DNA of 63,895 bases, filler included, from Trypethelium eluteriae (taxonomy: Eukaryota): the NCBI GenBank assembly GCA_051942245.1. It is 2 parts of 2 records of this genome, joined end to end, with 100 filler letters (N's around TTAATTAATTAA, not from the genome) between each part and the next. Parts side by side here need not be neighbours in the genome. Positions count along the whole stretch, not along the records: positions 32,033 to 63,895 come from JAVECL010000267.1; 1 more part is not named here. One strand, given 5' to 3'. The position numbers and the translations under genes are program-made. Position 1 is the first letter of the stretch. Every line of letters begins with the position of its first letter. Under the pieces are notes generated by a model. The model ran no database searches and was not told the origin of the DNA. It was given only the letters and a program-made list of their open reading frames with translations. Shown here one piece after another: positions 37,576 to 49,743 of this stretch.

Positions 37576-39521
37576 ATGGCTTCCCTCCTGCTAATATCCA
37601 CTTTTGCCGCATATGCCTCTTCCCAGTCAACTACTCAGCAAGCCGCTTCTGTCACTGCCGCTGCCAGTGGATCTCAAGCTTCAGGTCTTTCCCAGAAGGT
37701 CGACCCAGGTTTCGCCGGTTTTGGTATCGAACCCAGCAACCTCTTCTCCTTCACCGGTGGCGACTTTGCCAACGATGTCTCAATGCAATTCCTGCAAAAC
37801 CTTGCCGACTACAGCGGGTCTCCGCCGCATATAAGAGTTGGGGGCAATACAGGCGACTATATGATGTTTGATGGCTCATATAACGAGTTCTGGATACAGG
37901 CGGACAAGAACGCAAATGGTCAGGGAGCCATTGCCTCAAATTCCTTGACATTTGGACCAAAGTAAGTCAAGACAAAGAAACAGACTCCAAGACTCAATAG
38001 TGGAGCCCTGTAGTGGAACAATACTGATGCTGCGACGCCAGGTACTTCGAAGCAATTGACAGAATGCCCACTGGTACACCCATCACCTATGGCCTGAATC
38101 TGGCATACGAAGGCTCCGACTACATTTCAAATATCGTAACGGAAGCTTCTGCTGCACTAGACAATCTAAAGAACGTCAAAGTTTTCTCCTTCGAAATTGG
38201 AAATGAGCCAGATCTCTATCTTCAAAACGGCTTTCGTACGGGCCAATGGGGCGGTCAGGAGTATGTTCAAGAGTGGCAAGACCGTACTTCAGCCATCTAT
38301 GAGCAGGTCCTTAAATCGCGCAATATTTCTAGCAATTTTTTCGAACCCCCAGCAACAGCATCGACCATTGGAACCACATTCACCATTGCCGACCTTGTAC
38401 AGGACGGCATCTTGAACAAAGCGAATGGGTCCGACGATTCTTACGTTTCGGGCTGGAATCAACACGACTATTTCTATTTTGTTGACGTCTCTACGCTCCC
38501 AATCGATGTAAACTACCTCATGGATCTCGACCACACCGTGTCTCAATTTGCGTATTGGCAACAAGAGATCGCCTCCTCGGCCAAGTACAACCTGCCATAC
38601 AACCTGCGAGAGATGGCAAGCATTGGCCCTACAGGAATCACCGGCATCAGCGATGTCTTCGGCGCTGCCCTCTGGCAGCTCAACTTCTTCCTCTACGCCG
38701 CCAGCCTCAACATCACCTCCGTTGGCATGCACATGGTCGACGGCTCCTACGCCAACGCCTGGCAACCCACCTCCGAACAATCGAACCCGCCGTCCGCCGT
38801 CGTGCGCCCCTCCTACTACTCCTACGTCGCCATGGACCAGCTCATCGGCGCCGCGAACAGCACCCTCCAAATCGCTGCGCTGAACGCCTCCTCGCTCCCC
38901 CCGGCGTACTCCACCGGCTCCCTCCGCAGCTACGCCGCGTACGCCGAAAACGGGCTGATGTCGCTCATCCTAATCAACGCGCTGCAGTCCAACGCGTCGC
39001 AGACCCCGAAAAACACCCTCACCGTCTCCGTCCACCTGCCCTCCTCCCTCGCCGGCCAAACCCTGCACCTCTCGTACCTCACCGCCCCGGGCGCCGACAG
39101 CATGCACAACACCACCTTCAACGGGCTCTCCTTCGAAGACAGCTCCTCCGGCGGGAAACCCGTCTCTGTCGGCGACGGCAAGCTGCAGTCGCTCACTGTC
39201 GGGCCGGATGGGGTTGCGGCCATCCCGGTGCGCGACTCCGAGGCGGTTATCGCGACGTTCGGCGCCCTGCTGGGCAGTAATGCTGTGCAGCATGCGAATG
39301 GTAGCAATGGCGAGACGTCCAGCGCGAGTGCTGCGAGTAGTTCGGCGAGTTTGACCATTGCGACGACGGCGGCGGCGGCGGCGACGGCGAGCGTGACGGG
39401 CTCAGGGGCGCCGTCGAAGAGTGGGGCGGTGGGGTTGAGGAGAGGGAGGGATGAGGATTTGTTGAGGTGGATGGCGGTGGGGACGTTGCTTTTGGGGTTG
39501 TGGATGATGATGTATGGGTGA
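37576..39521 (+). CDS. Glycoside hydrolase family 79 protein, secreted, probably GPI-anchored
   Basis: Signal peptide, IRVGGNT, FEIGNEPDLY, LREM, SDVFGAALW, Ser/Ala-rich linker and hydrophobic tail; intron 37962-38041. Confidence 0.9.
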
Positions 39522-40029
39522 GAGAGTGAGAGGGGGAGGAGTTGTATTTTTCCTTGCATTTTTTTCCCCTTCCTTTGAGATTGCTATGTGATACCATTTA
39601 TCTCACAGTACTGGCTTTAGCATTGGGTTTCTGGGGGTTTGCGATTCTTAGTAGACGCCCTTTCCTTTGTGGTATAGCTACGAGCATGCACAGATCTTGG
39701 CATTTGCAGGCGGGCATTGGGGGTAAGAGTAGCATTTCTACGGCGCATTGTACTTTTCTTATTAACTTTAAGGCGCTTATTGTTCGGACTGGCATGAGAG
39801 AAGTAGGTGGGTTATTTGTTGCATTCAAGGCTGTGAGAAATTAATACGTTATTGTTGGAGGGCAAGGAGTCGTGCAAAACACCTGGATACATGCATTCAT
39901 AGATAGCATAGATTTGTGCACGCGAGAACTGAGCGCTGAGCAGATAGAAGTATAAGAAGTTATTACTGTACAGATATCGATAAGCTTGAACTATACATTC
40001 ACTGTCCCCGCATGGTATCAAATAAATCC

Positions 40030-41421
40030 TTACCCTCCTAAGTTCTGCGAACTAATCCCAAAAACTCCATCCAACCACTCAAATATAATCCGATTCGCCG
40101 TCTCCGTTGCCCCAACCTGCGTATGATACCCTGCCGCCCCCTCGAACCTTCGCAACGTCGCCTTCTCCTCCAACGCCGCCTTCACCAGCTCCGGCTGCCC
40201 GGTATAAAACTGATCGTTCGCCGGCGCCGCAATCCATGTCGGTATCTGAATCCGCTCCGTCAGCTTCGCGATGCTGTACGCACGCACTGCCTCCAAGAAA
40301 TCGTACGTCGACTCGATCTTGAACGCCCACTGCCCTTGCTCCGCGCCCCACCGCAGCCCGCTCGGCACCTGTGGATTCCGGAGTTGCGCCGCGAGCACGG
40401 AGTCGAGCTGCTCCTTCCGGCCTGATCGATAGAGCGACTGGAGGCTGGGAGACAGCTGGCCGACAAAAGCGGCGTGTGCGTCGTAGATGCCGCCGTCGAG
40501 AAGCAAAGCGCGAATACGGGGCTCGAATGCAGCAGCCCTCGCGGCGAGGTATCCACCAAACGAATTCCTCAGCAGCGCGAGGCGATTGCGGTCGACGTCG
40601 AGAGGTGCGGCGGAGTAGAGGTAGTCGACGACGGGGTGTAGAGTGCGCTCTCAATCTGGGATGAAGCCGAGGTTCTGGTTGCGTCAGACGGTAGATTGGC
40701 CAGGCCCTTCGTAGGTGATGACGTTCCAGCCGCGGGCGAGGGCGGGGAAGACGAAGAAGTGCATGAGTTCTTCTTTTGCGGCGTCGTAGCCGTTGCCCAT
40801 GATGAGAGTGGGTCGCTTGACGGTAGGGTTGGGGGGTGCTGGGGCGTAGAAGATGGCTTCGACGTTGAAGCCCTGGGCGGGGAGGGTGAGACGTTGGCCT
40901 GGGACTGGAAGGGCGGCGATGGCCTTATCGAAACATTCTGTCTGCAGCGCCCAGTACTCGTTGATTCGAGGATCGGACCAGTTGGCGTGGAGGTAGAAGT
41001 CTGCGGTGCGATAGTAGCTTGCGCAGGCGAAATACTTGTCACGGCTATTGATTGCGTTGGAGTTGATGAGCGAAGCATCCGCATCAGCTTTAGTCTTGTC
41101 GGCAAGAGCTTTGAAGGCGTTACTGAAGCTCTCGAGATTTCCAGGTTCAATATACATGGCCGTTTTGAGTATTTCGTTCGTATCAGCTCCATGGTAGGTA
41201 CCCAATCCGTTCATGAGAAGAAGTTGGAACTGGAAAGTATCATCCGAACTCAAGGGGCTTGTTTGAACGATGTTGTTCACAGGACCAGTGCTTGAATTAG
41301 CCGGCACAGATGTCAGATCAGAGGAGATAACTGTTTCATCAGAACGGATGTAAAGCCTCCTAGGAGTGGCGAAAGCCAAGGGAACGAGACCCAGGGCGAT
41401 AATGATATCAATCCAATACAT
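40030..41421 (-). pseudogene. Secreted alpha/beta hydrolase with two in-frame TGA stops and a GxSxG-to-RxSxG change
   Basis: NGYD, YEGPGQSTV*RNQNLGFIPD*ERTLHPVVDYL...LLRNSFGGYLAARAAAFE...GYHTQVGA, all in one frame. Confidence 0.85.
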
Positions 41422-42342
41422 CTGAAGCCTAGAAACGAAGGAAATTGCATTAAATGTCTTCAGAGGAGATGAGAGGAAGACGCCAAGCAATTGTTGTACA
41501 AGAGTATAAAGCAAGGAGAAGCCAATAGTGACGAGTCCATTTTATACATCGTGCGAGACTCTAATTGTGATGGTCTTTCGGCACTAACCAGTTACCGAAT
41601 TTAGATATTGCAGAGTAAAACCCACTCTTCATTTCGTCTTTCAGGTAAAAGAAGTATTTTCTGGCCGCGTAGAGAGCGGAAAAAACTGCTTACCCGCTAT
41701 GTGTGGAATGCTGTGCTTAGCGACTCTTTTCTCGTGACGACGGGGCAATCAGTGGTCTACAACATTAACTTGGGAAGATGATACTAAACCATGAATGTTC
41801 TCCAACATGCGAGGACGATAACCTCATTACAGCATAGCTGGCGGCAGACCGTATGGTGATACTCGGGACTCCAAGACCTTCAGAGGACTCAGCCTCAGAC
41901 CTGCGACCTGGGAAAGATGAGATCGATTTGCATATGAATCCATCTCTGCGATTTTGAGACGCTATGGATGAAGTGCGAGTTGCAGAGAAGTAGCTGAAGT
42001 CTTGCAGTGCCGCCAACCCTGATTCGTACAGGCGTCATCCACGTTGTCATGGCTCAGAGGTAAGACGGCGAATCAGTTGGGAGAAGGTACAGACGTTGGT
42101 ACCTTACCAAAGATCACTACACGCCTACAGGAAATGGAGACTATGAAGTGTGTGAATTTCTTCCTAGGCTATCTTCTGAAGCTGACGTCAAACCAAAGTA
42201 TGCCAGAAGCAGTGAGGCTGGATGCAGCTGTGCAAAAACCGGCTTCGACAACTGAGCAAATCTCGCCGTTAGACTTACCTGAGATGATTTAATTGAGATG
42301 ACCGCAGGCATACGATGATTTTGCATCGCGTTCCCGCAATAT

Positions 42343-43548
42343 CTACTCAACTGTGACTTGTGTTTGCATTGGATCACCATCTACCGTCCCATTGATTCCA
42401 TCGACTCCCTTTCCACCAAGGAGTTCTCTCATTAGAACATCAAGCTTCTCAATCGCTTCACCACCGATCTGGTAGTGGACTACCAATCTCCCGCCCAGCA
42501 CTCTTAAACCTAACTTTTCAGCGGCCGTGACAAAATCCTTGACTTTGATGCCTGCCTCTCCCAAATTGAACCACACCATATTTGTTTCAACGGGCAAGGC
42601 CAGCTTGCCCCCAAGAAACTCCCAGAGTTTGCCAATACGTCTAGCATTCTCATGACTAGCCGCTAGCTTTCCTCCGAGGAACGTCTCTTCAAGTGCGACC
42701 CTCGCGGGCGCTGCTACGACACCTGCTTGACGGGTGCCACCACCAATACTCTTGCGAATCCAGCGGGCGCGTTTTATAAAACTCGATTTGCCGATGATCA
42801 TGCTTCCAATCGGCGCCCCTAGTCCTTTGCTAAAACACAGAGAGACGCTATCGAAGCAAGCGCAGTATTCTTCTAGGCCGCCTGCACCAGCAGCACATGC
42901 CTCCCATAACCTAGCACCATCCAGGTGCATGAGTATACCATGTTCTTTCGCCCATTGGCTGATCTTTCGACACTCTTCCAAGGGCGCCACAGTCCCACCC
43001 AGTGTATTTTCTAAACTGATCACCTTGGTCGGACAGGCATGAACATCGTCGCTGAGGACTGCATTCGCTTCCACATCCTCGAGTGTAATGTGGTGTTCAT
43101 TTTTCGGCACCACGCCCTTAACCAGGGCGCCGCATAAGCTCGCAACCCCTCCAGCTTCCCAGCTCAATATGTGTGCGCGGTGGTCGCAGAGCACGCTGTG
43201 TGGTGGGGCGAGCAGATGAGTCCGCAGGCTGACCTGGTTGCCCATTGTGCCTGACATTACTAGTAATGCAGCTTCATGTCCTGTCAGTTCCGCAATGCGC
43301 TTTTCGAGAGAAAGTGTAGTCGGATCTTCAACGAAGACATCATCGAGCAGCGTCGTTTGAGCAATTGAGGTCAGCATCGAAGCCGTGGGCGAAGTGACGA
43401 CATCTGAACGGAAGTCGAAAGCGGCGGGACCAGGACTGCTCCAGTTGTTTTGACTGAGATCCACATCATCGAGCGGATCATCTTGAGCAAGTTTCTGCCT
43501 CTTGACGGTATGCTCGATAGACGAGGAAGAATGACCGTTCACCGACAT
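42343..43548 (-). CDS. GLY1: Low-specificity L-threonine aldolase
   Basis: DFRSDVVT, SGTMGNQ, SLENT, HLDGARLW, CFSKGLGAPIG (PLP Lys), RQAG. Confidence 0.95.
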   Translation of the reverse strand: MSVNGHSSSSIEHTVKRQKLAQDDPLDDVDLSQNNWSSPGPAAFDFRSDVVTSPTASMLTSIAQTTLLDDVFVEDPTTLSLEKRIAELTGHEAALLVMSGTMGNQVSLRTHLLAPPHSVLCDHRAHILSWEAGGVASLCGALVKGVVPKNEHHITLEDVEANAVLSDDVHACPTKVISLENTLGGTVAPLEECRKISQWAKEHGILMHLDGARLWEACAAGAGGLEEYCACFDSVSLCFSKGLGAPIGSMIIGKSSFIKRARWIRKSIGGGTRQAGVVAAPARVALEETFLGGKLAASHENARRIGKLWEFLGGKLALPVETNMVWFNLGEAGIKVKDFVTAAEKLGLRVLGGRLVVHYQIGGEAIEKLDVLMRELLGGKGVDGINGTVDGDPMQTQVTVE

Positions 43549-44724
43549 CACTAAACTCTTGGCTGATGAGCCGTGGTAGTAATGCCGAGACTTGATTGGG
43601 TATAATTTTCGGATTTGGTCTTGGATATCCTAGATAAGATATTATTTGGGAGGACGATGCTGTGTCTGAAGTATCCTACCAACGCGAAGCGGTCTTCCAA
43701 TCTTCGATACGCTGCAGAGCATTGGTCTTGCAAAGATAGACTCCCGCTACTTTCAACATTTTTGGGAGGGGAAGATCAACTTCGGTCTCGCGGTTGAATG
43801 CATTCCGGTACGTATTCCTGCACGTCATTTTCGGGTTCCCCATCAGCACGTGATTTGGATGATCACATTAGTCGGATTCGGCGTCCATTCGCTGTCCATC
43901 GGCGTCTCACTTCCCATTTGAGTATTCCCTAGATTTGATCAATCTTAACATCATTCAAGCTGCCTTCGCATAGACACTTTGCCAGTACGGTAGTTGAGCC
44001 TGACTCCAGAGGTCAATGCATTCTAAATCAAAGCCTTCGCGGTTGCCAAGTACGCGCGTGTCGATGAATGGGCCACGTTACAATCTAAGTTCGTCCAACA
44101 TTTTTGGGAAGCATCGCCAACATCTGCGTCTTTAACCCCCTTTGCCCCTTTGTCCGTAGAATACGAGATAGAAAGCAAATGGTAAGTGTCTTGGAAAAGT
44201 TGCAATAACCGTCTCACTTGTCTCCATCGAGACATTCCGACCCCTCAAACCCCCAACGTGTCTTTCAGGCTAACAAGTTGCAATCGCTCGACGATGTGTT
44301 ATGATCGACGTCATTGGCCTGCTTGGCAGTGAATTGTGTTTGCATATGTTCATCAAGAGTGAGTTGGCTAAAGAAACGGTGCGAAGAAACTTCTAGGTAA
44401 CGTGAGAGTACTGCCATCAAAAGAGCGCTAATATATCCCCCTTGTTCTCGTGTTCCCAACTCTTTTCCTTGATTCAAACTTTTTCTTTTGATTTTGCTGT
44501 TTTGAGCTCGAGATTTGTGCGTATTTCCTATCAAAACAGAGCATTCAGATGCATGCCGTTTTGAAGTTGCTGGTCAACACTTCTAATAATTAACCTCCTT
44601 TCTGAAAGAGGACTTCACGAATCCCTTTTGATTTATCTATTTTATCTTCTTTTCTTATACCTTCGATCAATTCTCTTGCAGGTCATTCAAACCACATTCC
44701 ATATCAATTACCAATAATTGGATA

Positions 44725-45920
44725 ATGGCTAGTAAGTCGGGTGGCGCCCATTTCTTAATGAAGGATGAGTGAAGCTAACGAAGTAAGAACATGTCCTTTC
44801 CTCAGCCCTATTTGCAGCGGCGCTACTAATATCCCCAGTGGCTTGGGCAATACCCAGTCATCATGGCCACAACATTCACCTCCTCCACCCTCGGACTCAA
44901 CCTAAAGCCGGTCCTGCAAGACCTGCCTCTTCTGTGACGAATCCAGAAGGCGATCAGATGGCCGACTGGTGGGCCACCCAAAATTTGGATAATACGACAT
45001 CGGGCCAGTTGCCGGGGATATTCAAGACTCTTTTCTCATCTGGTATCATAAATACGGCGTACATCGACAGTACCTTCAATAAGCTGCAGGAACTCGGCGA
45101 CGTGGACTGGAGATCCCCAAATAAGTCCCAGCTTGCCATGGGGTTCCATAATAAGATGCAACAAATGGACAATAACTTGGATCAATTCAACAACCGCACG
45201 AATGATGATGTGGGGTATGACCAGGATAAGGAGATGCAAATGACATTCGAAAAATTCATGAAGATCCAGGAGATGGTTGCAAACTCCGGTTTGGTGAGCA
45301 GAGACCTCATTGAGCGCTTCAACCTTTTCTCAGGCAGTGATTGGAAGTCAGCATTTAAGAAGGGTTGGGATTGGTATGTCTCTCGGGAATGCAAAGATGC
45401 TGAGGAGTTTGGAAAGCAAGTGAAGCAGAATAACCACCTGGAGAAAAGATTGAATATCATCCCTCCGCAGTGCATCGATGATATCTGTAACACGATGATA
45501 GCAACCGGGGTGCCCGAGGCGGGGGCCATCACCTTGGCCATTACCAACTGTTTTAACACTCAAATCTCGAAAGCGGGACTCTCAGTAGTAACAAAAGAGG
45601 GAGATGAGACCAAAGCCAAGTTGAATGGGGCTACATCGCCCGAAGCGAAACTGTTCGATTGGGAGTTTGCAGCGGCCAAAATGGTGAAGGGTGACAATCC
45701 CTCCGTACAAGGCAAGTTGGGACCGCTCGATCTGGACTTCCAGCTCACCCCGCACATGTGCAGCAATGCACTCCATTTCATCCAACAGTCGCGTTGCAAC
45801 TTTCTGAAGGGGGCGACCATGATGGTTGGGAACGCGAAGCATGCGTGGCAATTCTCGCTCAAGCAGCGGAAGCATGACGACAACTCCAATGATCCGCCAG
45901 AAAAGGAGAAGACAGACTAG
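44725..45920 (+). CDS. Secreted hypothetical protein with Kex2 site and Cys-containing C-terminal domain
   Basis: Removing intron 44732-44788 gives signal peptide MAKHVLSSALFAAALLISPVAWA; LEKR is followed by a domain with 5 Cys. Confidence 0.75.
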
Positions 45921-46569
45921 GTGGGTAGCAACTTGTGAATGCAGAGACGCGGCTGATGGATTTGGCTGGGCGATGTGGCTGGTAGGTGCGGCTGGTGGAG
46001 AAGGGCAGCGAGTGGATCTCATAAGAAGTTCAAGTTGATGATTTCATCTTCGTCTGTTAGAAGACGTGCCATCGTGTATGCACCACTTTAGAAATTTGAG
46101 CCATTACCAGACTGATCGAACGATAGATACAAGAATTGTGCAGCGCAATGTGAAATGACGGTCTTGTTGATGCATCACAATGTGTCCCATCGAAGACATG
46201 GGAAAAGGTTACAAGCCCTCTTTACTCTCTCTTCCTCAGACTCGCGCTCAAGGCACAAGCACTGTTGAAAAAGAAAAAGAGTGTTGTCAAAAAATAAAAG
46301 TCCCATGCCACTCCTGTTAGGGTGTGGTACGGGCGAGACGCAGAGCCTTCTTAAACAGGCTCATGCATCTCGAAATGGTAGCGCTATTGCCGGGGGAAGT
46401 GCAAGCCTGACAATGTTGCTGCCTTGTTGCGTCCATCAGCGACAGTGCAAGGCTGATGGCCACGTCCTGTGTAAAATTAGCAAAGCTGGCCTGCAAGAAG
46501 AGAGTAAACTCACAAAGCTCGGCAAACCACTTTTCAACACCATTGGACGAGTACATTGAAGCAATGCAG

Positions 46570-47810
46570 TCATCTTGTCACCGGCAAGAGTGCAAGACCG
46601 ATGACGGTGGACGCAGACGATGCTCGTGGCGTCTTCTCCCCCAAAGTACCCACTCTATCCCGCGAAGCGAGCGGGAGGAACGCATTCCTCCCGGAGTCAT
46701 AGAGCGATAGTGGTTCGCAAGCCTCGTAATGTTCGACAGAGGTTGAGAGCCTCCTCGATCGAGACGGCGAAAACGGGAGAAGATGAGCCCATCGCCTGTC
46801 AATTGACAAGTGCAAGGAACCTCCGCCACCACCTGCCCCGACGGCCTTCCTGTGTATCAAACTCAGAGAGAGAGAGGTCTTCTCAATGGCCACCCGGTCA
46901 GCTTCCAACAGGTAGCTTCCAGCGAAATTGCACTTGTTGGCACGTGTTCCTTCCGCGACGAGCCATCCCCGACAGCTGCACGTACCATGCGAGTCCAAAG
47001 ACAAGCAGTTTACCTGCATCTCGATCGAAGCCATAGAGACCGGCAGCAATGGAACGCATCTTCTTACGTACCCAGCTGAGGGAAGCCGAAGCCTTTACCT
47101 CAGTATGGGGAGATGGGGCGAACTCATAGACTGCATCTCGATTTGGCCCGAGAGACAGGCAGGTGGTAGATAGAGCGGACCGACATACAAATTCCGACGA
47201 AGGAAGATTCTTCGTCAGCTAAGTATGCGGCAATGGATGGAGGCCTTGTGGTCGACCAGTGCCGAACCACAGCGAGTGCCGAAAAGTCTTCGTGATGAAG
47301 ACAAGAGAAGGACATATGTTCCTCCGCGACCACCTGCTCCAGCAGCTACACACCAATACTACATCTCAACTCCGAAGAGGAGACAAGGTAGTAATTACTG
47401 CATCTCACCCGGAGGCAGAGACAAAGGCAACAGGCGATAGAGAGGACATCCGGCGCTTCAAACCAAGAGCGAGGGAGGAACCCTTCTTCTCTTGTCAGGC
47501 ACAGATGAGAGCAGCAGGCAGCCATGCGGGAATCTGACCAGTGCCAAAGAATCCACTGCGGCATGTCCGTTGGGAAGAAAGAAGCACGTGATCTCTCTGC
47601 AACGAATCTCCCCCAACCGCGCACATACACATACTGCATCTCGACCCGCCCTCGCAGCAGGGAGACAAAATGGCAGCAGCGTAGACACGGCGGGCACGAC
47701 AAGCCAGTAGTATCTCAGAGAAGAGGGAGAGATCCTCTCCTCCGCCAAGCAAGCGTGCATCGGAAGAGAGCATTGTGGTCGAGCCCACAAGCAATATGCT
47801 TCTCTCAATT
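46570..47810 (-). ncRNA. Candidate structured RNA with five copies of a bulged-hairpin motif
   Basis: CTGCATCTC-N11-19-GAGAC-N2-6-GCAG x5 (one compensatory variant, one GCAA variant) plus several 9-10-bp helices; no convincing ORF. Confidence 0.5.
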
Positions 47811-49743
47811 TCCCCAGATCGACGACCCTCCCTTTCACGGCTGCTTGGTGTGCGAGACTGAGCGAGCCAGTAAGGTTGAGAGGGTTTTGTCGAACACTGG
47901 CCCACACACTTCTCTCAGCAGCATGGAGGAGTTTCCAGGCACGACCACTACTTCCCCGACACCTGCACACACCCGCCCATCAGTCTACCCCGGGACGGGG
48001 GACGAGGATGGGGAAAGGCGGACAGGGCGGACTTGCTGGACCTGTTTGGGGTGCAGAGCAAGGGAGAGAAGACCTTGATGCCAGGTATGCAAGAGATGGA
48101 AGAGGGCCATGGTGCTGGGTGCTGGGTGTGTGGGAGTGGAAAATAGGAGGGAGTGGAGGGTAAGAGGGAGAGTTGGGTTGCCTCTGTCGGGGCGGGCGAC
48201 TGCTCTTTTATACTTGAGCTGGCAATAAGCTCGGGGAAACTGCAAGAATTGAAAGGTTAAACTTGGGGTGACTCGGACGTGTGAGTTGGTATTGAGCCAT
48301 GGTATAGATCAGAGTCATTGTAGTGACGGACTGTTTCTGAATTGGAAGGGCGTTTCGTTGGTCGAGGAGGGTGGAGATGCAGAGGCATATGAAGGTTCTG
48401 AACAGGCTAGGACACGTTTCTTCCCTTTTTGGCAGTGACTCTTCGAAACTTTGAAGGTAGGACGTGTAGATGTAGACGCATGTGGTGGTACTAAACAGAA
48501 TAGGATAGATCTCCTCGTGTATTAGCATAGACTTTCCAAACTTAGAGTATAAGAAAAACAAGATTGTCGAGCTCTAATAGGCAGAGGAAGAGATACTCTA
48601 ACGATTGAGGGACGTATTTTGAGATAAACTTTGTCAGGCTTGGAGAACAAGAAAGCTAATTGGGAAAAGGTTGCAGTACGAAGGCCTACTCTAGCTAGAG
48701 CTGCGGCGCATCGCCTATAGATAAACAAGCATCAACGAGCTCCTCACGTGCACGCGCGTATGCACGTGGGCGAAACGAAGCGGCCCACGCGAGATGGCTC
48801 TAGGTACTAACGTATGACACTTCGTCGTACGGGACATGCTCATGGCACAGAAAATGCGTCCAAATTGATAAGCACATTCAGACTGGACAACTTTCGAGGG
48901 ATCGAGGCTCACCAAAGCGCAAATCCCCGAATCTTGATGATGGAATTGTCAGCTTGACCAACATCCTCAAGGTCCGCCAGGTGTATATGTACGACGTTGT
49001 TGTGGGAAGCAGCCCCCCAGGCCTATGCGGCGGGGCGTTCCACGGGTAGGTACTGTACTCTATTGATTACCTCATTTGTACTAGTGCAGCCCTACATGCC
49101 TAGTCCTAGTAGTCTCCCGTCTGGGGTTCCTCCTCAACCTAGATTCTGCACACTACAATACACTGCATTCAGTTTCTTCCATCACAACAGCAGTTACGTG
49201 CTTGCCACTTGGCCGTACGCTCATTGTGTAGTAGACGACGAACTCCCAAAGAACGGAGCATCTGTTCCAGTCATGAAACAAAGCAGCCGCGTTTCTACAA
49301 GGGCCTGCTGTGCCGTTTCGTTAAGGATGTATATTTGGGTTAAAGTTGCGAGGTATGTTATGAGTTACCTTGCTGCGGCGCGGTGCATGGCCTGTTGAGT
49401 TTTTGTAAGATGGCACGGATGACACCGGCGTGACCAAGCTGTGTACACCGTTCAGGTCGGCGTTTTAGACGTTTTACTCGGGAAAAGAATGACAAGCATT
49501 CCCGTCGAATCCCTGCGACGCGTACTTTACTATCGGGCGGACCGACGTAATGGAGCAGAATCATCCGGTAATGGATGCTGAGCCCCAACACTTTGGTCGG
49601 AGCCAGATGTTCATTTTGATAGTAAATTTATCACTGGAGTAGAAGAAGTACAGTCGCCCATCTTTGATCTGTTCGAGTACCTAGAACTACTGGTGTGACA
49701 CTATTGCCCATTTTTACCATTTGTTCCTCTATCGTTTGGGAAA

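Noticed and set aside
46314..46324. CACCCTAAC (minus strand) as telomerase template for the 46-48 kb structured region
   Set aside because: Too little alignment sequence, and it would lie at the 3' end of the presumed transcript rather than near the 5' end.
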